From the human T2T-CHM13v2.0 reference genome, Homo sapiens, in assembly GCF_009914755.1 (NCBI RefSeq), contig NC_060942.1: 64,000 bases of DNA. The stretch is one strand, 5' to 3'. Positions within the stretch are counted from its first letter, which is position 1. Each line of letters opens with the position of its first letter. Position numbers and translations under genes: made by a program. Positions 53,948-64,000 of this stretch are shown in pieces. The notes beneath the pieces were generated by a model that saw only the letters and a program-made list of their open reading frames with translations, was not told the origin of the DNA and ran no database searches.

Positions 53948-54074
53948 TGCAAACAGGGGCAAGGCAAACTGTTACCTTTCGGCTAGGGCAGACCAGTTTA
54001 CAACTGAGAAGCAGATGAGGGTCTTTGCTGGGTGTGCAGGGTGACCAGCATGGATAGATCCCCTCACCCTGATC
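53948..54074 (+). repeat. Inverted repeat, left arm
   Basis: Reverse complement of 54771-54897 at 120/127 positions, no gaps. Confidence 0.97.
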
Positions 54075-54770
54075 TGTAGAACCCTCACTTTTGATCTATA
54101 GGAGGCTGGCCCCTTGCCACCTGAACATACCTTTTGCATCAGTTCTTCCACACCTTTGCCTTGGCTTATTACAAAGGGTGTGTCCTACAGTTTCAACAGG
54201 GGTAAGACCAGCTGGATATGGAGGAAAGTGTGAAGATGTCAGGTTGACTTTGGGGGCTCACCCATCACCCATCTCTTCACACACACTTTTCAAGGCTATG
54301 CTTTGCCCCCTCCCAGTGAAGACTCAGATATTGCCTGCTACTCCCAGGCTACAACTGGGACTCCATCGGAGTTAGCCCACTTGGCTCATGCCTGATATTT
54401 AACGTTGTCATTGCACCCTTCAGGCACCAAAATTGGAGAGTTGAGCCTATAATGTGAGCCAGGGTCCTGCCAAAGACGAAGCTGGCAAACAACTCTTGCC
54501 CAGGAAACTCTCTTAAAGGAGCCCATCTGAACCTTTATTCTTCCACCTTATCTTCCCTTGGCTCTTAACTGACTTTGGTTCTCAGACTGACCTCTGTGCT
54601 GTATGCAGTCTTTGGCTCTCTGGGTTGCTGTTTCTTGGCCAATTTTTCTTCTGCCTACTATCTTGGCTTGTTTCCATCCTCATCCTCCCTGTGCCACAGG
54701 CCTCTCGCCGTCAGCTGACCCTGGGATTGCTTTTCCTAACTCAGTCAGGGTACCAATTACAGCTGTCATG

Positions 54771-54897
54771 GATCAGGATGAGGAAATCTATCCATGCTGG
54801 TCACTCTGCACACCCAGCAAAGACCCTCACCTGCTTCTCAGTTGTAAACTGGTCTGCCCTAGCCGAAAGGTAACAGTTTGCCCAGCCCCTGTTTGCA
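54771..54897 (-). repeat. Inverted repeat, right arm
   Basis: Reverse complement of 53948-54074. Confidence 0.97.
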
Positions 54898-55848
54898 CAG
54901 CAGTAGAATGGAAATTGCGCTGAGTCCTGTGAAGCTGGCTGACTCACGCTGAAACTCGAGATTTATTTCCAATTAGTGCGATGTGTAGTAGAAGGTGCTC
55001 CTCAAGCAGCCTTGCAACACTCCCATTGTGTCCACAGAGTTCTCAAAGATTGTGTTTGGCAGCACCACGACACAGTGGGCCAAAAAGGGAGAAGGGATTA
55101 ATATCAAGCAATAGAAATTCATTTAAAAGCCAATATTAGTCACTCAAGTGTACATCCGAAGACTACAAAAGCCAAGTATGCATACTGCTTCACTAATGTG
55201 AAACTTGGAACAAAGATGAGAAAAACCAGGCATGCACAGGGTCAGACTAGGAATAAAGAGCCACCTGTGAAATGTAATAAGTGGTGGTCTCCTTCTGAAA
55301 AAGAGGCACGATGCTTCCATTAAAGGAAGTCGAGGACTAAAGAGATGCTCTGAGCACAGCTTGTCATCACCACTTGTAAAGACCACTGGACAAACACTGT
55401 GCCAACCTACCTAACAGGTGTATGTAGAAAGCACCATGGAGATATGATTAGCAGGTGGAAGAGAGCGAGTACTGTGGCAGGAATGTTCTGAGCATGGATG
55501 TGCATCACACACAGCTCCTCCACTCACGGATGCTGTGGCCTTGGCCAATCACACAAACTCTCAGGGTCTCAGTGTTTGTCTGTAAAATGCGTGTTCGGTC
55601 AGCACCATTCACTTGGCCCCAGGCCACAGGCCTTGGAGTCCTCCTACATTCTTCCATGGGTCACTAAGTCCAGTGCACTCAGGCTTCCAGCATAGTTTGC
55701 CTCTTTTCCTCCTCATCCATGTGCTGCCCCCAAACACCTGCCTCAGGTCATGGCGTCTCCCACCCAGGTCACCTCCGGAGCTTCCTCCCTGCCTGAGTCT
55801 CACCCTCTTCTAATCAGTCATTCATACGACTTTCAAAGTGATTTTTTA

Positions 55849-56306
<458 letters not shown>

Positions 56307-56325
56307 TCATCCTCTTGCTGTTCCC

Positions 56326-56425
56326 AGGTGGCCAACTGTCCAAGTTTGCCCAGGACTGTCCTGGTTTTTGTCCTGCGTTGGGGAACCTCTCAGCCCCTGG
56401 CAAGCCAGGGAAATTGGTCTCCTCA
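56326..56425. mobile_element. MER94/MER81-like hAT-Blackjack MITE
   Basis: 'aggtggccaactgtccaagtttgcccaggac...ggcaagccagggaaattggtctcct' with degenerate terminal inverted repeats. Confidence 0.55.
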
Positions 56426-56569
56426 CCTGGGCCCTTCCCTACAGCCCTAAGACTTCCCCAAAGTCTTCCTACCTGGGGCTTCCCCCTTGGCATTTACAAA
56501 AGTATGCCTAGGATGGTCCTCTCCTTTTATTCCTCCTGCAAAACCCACCCAGCATCTCCTCCTCTAGGA

Positions 56570-56740
56570 CAGTGGTTCTCCAAGGGTAGGCTCCCAACCA
56601 CCAACAGCAGCAGCCCCTGGGGGACTTTCTAGGACTTTCTTGGGCCTCACCCCAGATCTATTGAATCAAACTGTAAGAGTGGGGCCCAGCAATCCTCCAG
56701 GGGGTTCTGGGGCATGCTGAAGTATGAGAAGTTTGGGAGC
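56570..56740. mobile_element. MER5A/B-like hAT-Charlie MITE
   Basis: 'cagtggttctccaa...gggcctcaccccagatctattgaatca...gtggggcccagcaatc...tgaga'. Confidence 0.75.
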
Positions 56741-58916
56741 AGTGACCTGCTTCCCAAAGCAGACTTGCCTAGTCCCCTCCACACATTACCATGGGCCTGG
56801 TTCCTATTTTTATTATTGTACCCATCCCACTAAATTGCAATTATCTGCTAACATGTCTATCTCCCCAACCCAACTACAATTTCTTTGCAGTGTTGCCACT
56901 TTCTGTTGCTTTCCAGGTAATATCAGTCTATGTTTATATATCCTTGGCAGTTTTATTAGCTCTTTTATTAAGAGAACATGCTTCTTAAGTTATATTTAGT
57001 CTCCTAAGTCAAACCATGTCAGAGAGAAATATGTAATCCTAGTGAGAGGATTGTCAGAAAATGAAGAGGAGCAGGTGCTTATATGCTTCCTTGAAGTATC
57101 TGTATGGGTAAATATTGCCCTAATTCTCAATAAAAGTCACAGATCTTGGATACTGTCATTTAATACTGGAACAATAGACAGCTTTTCTCCTGCTCTAAGG
57201 ATTGCCACCACTTTTCAAACTATCTTATCCCTTGAACTCTAAGGCTGTACACTGAACTTTCAGGCACTTTAAAAAATAAAAAACAAAACAAAGCCTCTGA
57301 CTTCTCCCAATCACTCCTGAGCATTTCACAGTCTGAGTTTGCACTGTCTTTGTACTAGGAAGAACCCTCACTTTTGATCTCAATTAAAAACACTACCACA
57401 TGTCTGCTATTAATAATGACAGCAATTTACTTCTGTTGAAATTGAAAGGCTTCGATTCACTTTGAAAATCCTAAATGCATTTCACATGGTTTACAGTCAT
57501 ATTTCAAAGCTTTCTTCTCCTTTATAGGTTTTTCTTTCCTTTGTGTTTTTAAAATAGGCTTAATCTTCAAAGTTTATGGTGGCCATTTGGTGTCTGAAGA
57601 TGTAGATCTAGGCATACACATATGTATGCATATGTGTGTATGTTTATATTGATTTTATATTGATGTTGATATTTATATGTTGTGGTCAAACAAACCGTTC
57701 TGCCTTCTGGGGCAGCTTGTTATTGTTCATGTGAATATAATTTAACTGGTTTTGTTTCCAGAATTTTTACTTGACATGTTGAAAGTCAGTGAATCTAATG
57801 AAAAAGAAAAGGAAAAAAAACCTTGCAATGAGGAAACGTGATTGTTTTCAGCAAACCACATGTGACATTTCAGATGTATGTTTTATATGGTATTGTCTTG
57901 AAAGAGCATACAATTGGCATGATTTTTAAAAGTAAATCATTAGGAGAAAACCTAAAACAACTAATTAACATTCATCAAATACATAAGAAGAAATGTGATT
58001 TTGACCACATCAAATGGCCAATCTTCATGCGCTGAACATTTGAAAAACAGATCCTGATTCAAAAGGATTTTTTCTCCCCCAAACAAGTGCTAATGTTCTG
58101 GAAGGGCTAGATGGGTCCGGAAAGGACACCTGGAAGCAGTTAGGGCAAGACTTCCCAATATTCAGTAGGAAGCAAATCCTATGCCAGGGCCTTGGCTTTC
58201 CGAAGGACTCAGAAAACAGGTTCAAAACTAGGTAAATGGTTTGTAAGGTTATAACTTGGAAGATTCACTTTTAAAGTTGTCTTAAAGCCATTAACAACAA
58301 AGTTTGGGTTTTTGACTGGAATTCATTCAATCGAGTAGCTTAGCTGTCCCATTTTTGCTGAATGGACACAAAATAAGCCCACGTGCAATCATGCAATTAA
58401 CTACAATATAGTTAATCCAGGAAATGTTGTATCTTTATGATGGAACAGCTGAGCATTTTAATTTATTCATTAATTTATTTGTTCATTACTGAAATAATGA
58501 TTGGGTCCATTAGATGCTCTACAAATTAAATCTTTTTGCACTTGTTCAGTAACTATTGTGAATTCCTAACAGATAGCATATTTTATTATATTGCCTTTTT
58601 AACTTAAGTTTGTGCCCAAGAGTTGAACAGACCAAATATTTTAGGATTATATATTCATGGAGCCATAAAGTGAAAGGCGTAGATAGATGTTGGAGTGGTG
58701 ATTAACGAGAAACTAGATGGAAGTGACAATATATTGGTGAATCAAAAGTAGGCAGGTAAACAAACTGAAAATTCAAATGCTGCTGTATTATTATCTCCAC
58801 AGGAGTATGCAATTAAAATCAATTAAATATTAATCATAAAGAACTCAGTTAAAATAACCAGATTTCAGTGAACATACAGAATATGCAAATCTTTGCAATG
58901 AAGTTAACATGGCATA

Positions 58917-59206
58917 CACTATCCTGAACAGACTAATGCAGGAAAAGAAAACCAAACACTGCATGTTCTCACTAATAAGTGGGAACTAAACATTGAGTAC
59001 ACAAGGACACAAAGGGGGGAACAGCAGACAGTGAGGCCTACTTAAGAGTGGAGGGTGGAGAGGATCAAAAAACTACCTGCTGGGAACTATGCGTATTATG
59101 TGGGTGTTGAAATAATCTGTACACCAAACCCACAAGACATGCAATTTACCTATATAACAAATCTGCACATGTATTCCTAAACTTAAAATCAAAGGTTTTT
59201 TATTTA
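58917..59206 (+). mobile_element. 5'-truncated L1PA (old, PA13-16-like) 3' end with TSD
   Basis: 'aaccaaacactgcatgttctcact...aataatctgtacaccaaaccc...ctgcacatgta'; TSD aagttaa(ca/tg)tggcata at 58901-58916 and 59207-59222. Confidence 0.92.
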
Positions 59207-60437
59207 AAGTTAATGTGGCATAAACATTCACCAAAATTCCACTTTACAGCATATCATTTATATGAGCCCTTTAAAAAAAAACTGGTATTATTTAGTAAAC
59301 CAATTATTCAAAATGTATCAAAATTAGAGGCTGGAAATAGCCTTTTAAGACAAATGCAATTAAATTAAACAGGTTACTATAGTCAAGTGGTCAACAATTT
59401 CTGTATGATTTTTCATGTACTGCTATCAGCTATTTTTGACCCTTGCTTATTAATATAATGTTAAAAATCTCATAGTCAATATGTTTATAAATAGTTAAAC
59501 ATTTAAAATTATACACACTTTCTCAGGTTAATACTCTTTGTCCTTCACTTCTTATTTGAGACATGAAATTAGCAAATTTCAGTAATCTCCTTGAAGTTTT
59601 AAATTTAGCTTTAAATTTTATATAGTGCAATTAAAGCGCCTTCTAACTTTAGAAGAAAGTTCAGTGGAGAAGAGATCATCTTCCATTTGCCTCACCTGAA
59701 GGAAAGAAATCAAATTTCTCCAAATTTATAAAACATTTAGAGCCGAGGTCTATTATCACTATTTTTTTTTACCACATTAGTCCTATTGATTAAAGAAAAA
59801 AAAAGTGTCACACTGCTATTTCCTTAAGGAGACATATAGGAAGACTAAGATTTTTAAAATGATGGGATGAAGGTAAACCAAGCAATATTTTAAAGGTTAT
59901 CAATGATACATAAATCTTGTTCCTTCATGGTTGACTATGCTTTTTTGAAAATCTTGCCTTAGCACTTTGTGATAAAGTGATTTAAATATCTGGCTCTCAG
60001 CTCATTTATCTGATTCTTTGCTGTAGTGGCTCTGGTGGCTGAAGATGGCAAGACTCACATTACATAGCTACAAATGGAAGAAACTCTATTGGCTGGGCAT
60101 CCTAAATCACACCACTTATTTTTCAATCCCATCCACCAATTTCATCAGTGTTTTAGAAATTTACATAAAAAGTTTTCATTTCCTTACCTCAATCAAGATT
60201 TTGCAGTGTTCTGTTTCTTTGCAAACTAATCAGAAAGTTTTGCACTTTAACTTTTGGACATTAAATTGGACATTTGAGAGAATTTTCTTTCCAACTGTTT
60301 GAAAAGAGTTTGGAAGAGTTTGGAAGAGTAGAGATATGAAGGTTTTTGTATTATTTTAGTAACAAAATCATATAATGATTGAAATAATCACAAACATCTA
60401 TTTTCATCTTTTTCTACAGCAAGTGTTTCTTTTGAAA

Positions 60438-60480
60438 CCCTTCCTTCCTTCCTTCCTCCCCCCCTTCCCTCCTTCCTTCT
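60438..60480. repeat. (CTTC)n-like pyrimidine repeat
   Basis: Direct reading. Confidence 0.8.
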
Positions 60481-60816
60481 TTTTTAAGTCACTTTTAAGT
60501 CACTTTTACTATTATTTATTTTTGAGGCTTGCTTCTCTAGGAGATAGCTTCCCACCGACCACCCAACAAAAACCCTGCTAGGTAGCTCTCCACTGACATG
60601 GAATGAATTTTTGTTATAGAAAAGGTCAGAATTTCTAAAACATGTTGCCTTTTATTAATAAGAAATAATGCACTACTTATTTGTATATTAGACAACTTTT
60701 CTAAGAACTTTACCATAAAATAGCAGTAAACTTCAGTGTGGTAGAAAAGATTTTCATGTTAACTCAGAATCTCATTACAAAATATTGTAAGTATTTCCAT
60801 TTAAAATTCTTAGTGA

Positions 60817-61079
60817 GGCCAGGCATGGTAGCTCATGCCTATAATCCCAGCACTTTTGGAGGCTAAGGCAGGTAGATCACTTGAGGTCGGGAGATCAAGA
60901 CAAGCCAGGCCAACATGGCGAAACCCCATCTCTACTAAAAATACAAAAATTAGCTGGGCATGGTGGTGTATGCCTGTGGGAGGCTGAGGCAGGAGAATTG
61001 CTTGAACCTGAGAGGCAGAAGTTGCAGTGAGCCGAGATCACACCATTGCCCTCCAGCTTGGCCAACAGAAGGAGACTCC

Positions 61080-61126
<47 letters not shown>
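60817..61126 (+). mobile_element. AluS with internal deletion and A42 tail
   Basis: tgcctgt joined to gggaggc; pure A run at 61085-61126; TSD att(c/a)ttagtga. Confidence 0.95.
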
Positions 61127-61128
<2 letters not shown>

Positions 61129-62659
61129 TTATTAGTGAATATTAGTGAAAGAGCCAGTGGCTGACACCCTAGGCAGATGACATGCCACCTGTCATGGACT
61201 GGAAGGGAACAGGGAGAAAAGGTGCCTCCTTCTGTGTGGGGGTCCCCATGGGCACACGGCATTTGATGTGTGATTCAAGACTTCCTGACATACAGACCAA
61301 CTGAGGATCATGGGCCAGCCTATGAATTAAAAATTAGGGAATCTTCAGTATTTCTTATTTTTAACATAAGAATAACAATAAGGCAAAGTACTACTATTTC
61401 CTTCCTGTCCCAACTAAGGCAGGAGGCACACACACACCACTTTGGAAACCTCCTCCCTGGCTTTCCCAGTCATGCCCTGTGTTTCTATCCTCCAGTCTCC
61501 AACCTACTTTCCGCCTGGGAAGAGGCAAAGCTATAGCTGCATTGAATGATGTAACATCAACACGTGCCAGTAATACCCTAAAAAGCTCTAGCTAAGTCTA
61601 TGTTCTCCCTAGAAAACCTCTACCTACTAGGGGTTAGGGAAAGCTTTGATGATGTTCCATGAACTTTGCTGGCAGGGCTTACCTAGGAGTAAAAGCTCTC
61701 TGAGCACAGGGAGGGGCATGGGGAGTTTCTTCAACCTCTCTCAGTACACAGGGTTGGGACTCCAATAGCCCAGGCCTGAGCCTGTGACAATGAATATGAC
61801 ACGCTGAGCTCACCTCCCGGCAACCCAGGCATCCCCGACTTCTCAGGACCACAGTCCCAGGTGTCGGAGATTTGAGTCAGCTCTCCTGTCTGACCTCTCA
61901 TCTCAACGTCCAGCGTCGTCCTCCATCTTCACGTCTCAACACGTTACTTTCTATTCCCAATTTGTTTTCCCTGGCTTCATCTCCTGGATACCTTCTATAA
62001 GGAGGCCTGCCAGTTTCCTCCTTCTGAGCTTTAGAGAAGATGGAGGGAATTTCAAGTGGGTTGAGTCAAAGGAAAACACGTGGGCCTGCAGAGCCCAGGA
62101 TCAGCCAGTCCTCAAACCTGGCTTCCTCTTGACACAGTCGCAGGGGCCGGAATCCACTCAGGAGCTCCAGTGCAGAATCAGGCAGCCCCATGGGGCAGCC
62201 ATGCAGAAAGCCTGAGTAACTTCAAGGGGCCCCAAGGCAGAAAGCCCCCAGGAACACAAAGGGAGTCCTCCTATGCCTAATGCAGTTAGTAAGAAAGGAA
62301 CTCTCATTTCTGTGTCTTGTGAGGTGGTCACACAGACCCAGCCCCTGCCTAAGCCCCATTGCCTCTCGGTTCGTGTCCCCATACCTGGACTCTATGCCTT
62401 CTCTGTCTTTTCCTCCTATCCTTGACCTCTTTCCTGGTTCAGGACACAGCTTTTCTCATGATCAAAGAAAACTTGGATTCTGTTGGAGACAGGAAGCCCA
62501 AACCCAGAGCATGAGGCTCCCGTAAGGGATTTTTCTTCAAGCGTGCTAAGAAGTACAAGAAGAGGCCATGGGGAGAGGAATCTTAAGGACCCTCCGACAA
62601 CACAGGCATGATTCTAACCATCATCTCAGGAGGTAATCAAAGCTCAAAGACCAAACCAT

Positions 62660-62900
62660 CTGAGGGCACTGAATGCCGACTATGTCCCAGGGACTGTCGT
62701 AAACGTCATGTAATTTATTCTTACAGTTCCCTTAGATAGTTATGATGATGATGCTCATTTTTCAGATACAGCGACTGGCATCCAGAGATCTGCTGTAATG
62801 ACCCCACAAAGCTAGTAATTTCACAAAGCTAGTAAGTGATAGCCCGGGTTGCACCAGGTCTCCTGACTCTGTCCAGTCCTCTTTCCGCCATCCACAGTCT
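62660..62900 (-). mobile_element. MIR SINE
   Basis: 'tatgtcccagggactg...ctcatttttcagat...gctagtaagtg...ccaggtctcctgactc'. Confidence 0.6.
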
Positions 62901-63858
62901 GTCTCAACTGTCAGATATGTAGAAGGTCTTTAAACATGCGAGCTCACTTCCCACTTCTGAGGCTGTGAGGAAATGGTACTCCCTTCACTTTGGGCATAAA
63001 AGCAATGAACATAATCCAGGATATGAGAGAAAATTTTCTGCCTTGTCAAATACTCCAAACATCAGTCTATCATTGGCCTCTAGGGAATCAGTTCATTATT
63101 ACAAGCTGAGTGTGCAGACAGTAAGTAGACAATTACAGGAAACCCTAGGGACATCTGCCAGGGTCTTGTAGTAGACATTTTTCATTTTTTCTGGCCTCCC
63201 AACTAGGGAACTCCATGGACGTGATTAGTGGAGGAGCCCACCTCCCACAGAAAAGCTAAAAATGCCTGCCCCCTCACAGGTAGGGGGTTCAGGTATGAGA
63301 TCTAGGTATTGCCAAACAGCCCATCCACCCTAAGTTTGGATCATAAGCTTGTGGTGATAAGACGGGTTCTCTAGGAATCCTTTCTGCTATGGGTGGGGGC
63401 AGCAGGGGCAGCCAGCCACCATTTCAGAGGGGACAGGGCCATAGTTCTAGTGGCTATTTCCAGAGCCCAATGTCAGTGGTGTCTGTGAGGCAATCTGCAC
63501 TGTCCGGTCTGATGGTGCAGTGACTATGTCTTTACAAGGCCAGCTCTATGCTTTGTGATTAAATTAACCAAACTTAGCTTCTGCTGCTCTACAACTGAAG
63601 GCCCTCCTAGCTTGTGCAATCTGATAAGTGGATCCAGGGCTGTCTGGAGTACTGCAGTCTGCTCTCATAATTGGCTGTGGACATGGGCCCAGGCAAAGGC
63701 CAGCACCGGGAGGAGCTCACCTGCTCAGCTTCTCTCTGGGCTGCTCACCCGTCACCACTATTGAACTTTCCATGGTCATCTCATCGAATCTTCACAGCAG
63801 CCATCAGAGATCAGCTCTGCTGCTGCCACCACTTTACAAAGGAGAAAGTGGGTGTTCA

Positions 63859-64000
<142 letters not shown>

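Overview
This is primate (human-like) intronic or intergenic DNA. I find no credible protein-coding exon: the listed ORFs are short and come from Alu, L1, LTR, tandem-repeat or chance frames. I could not identify the locus. The window holds about 14 Alu/FLAM elements, several L1/HAL1 remnants, ERV1, MaLR and ERVL LTRs, DNA-transposon MITEs (Tigger3a/MER7A, MER30, MER63, MER5, MER94-like), MIR/L2 relics and microsatellites. Repeat family names come from remembered consensus sequences, not from a database search. Structures not explained by routine repeats are: (1) a 127-bp inverted repeat, 120/127 identical, around a 696-bp spacer (53948-54897); (2) a 3 x 65-bp CpG-rich tandem repeat in which every unit has a consensus ETS site and a KLF/SP site (36402-36599); (3) a ~106-nt foldback with an alternative competing arm (27797-27923); (4) a U13 snoRNA retrocopy with target-site duplication (11905-12011, minus strand); (5) two non-tandem direct duplications with ~1-kb offsets; (6) a dimeric ~55-bp minisatellite; (7) motif-dense enhancer-like patches and several well-formed non-coding + strand exon candidates. 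Nothing here demonstrates a new biological system; these are testable leads.
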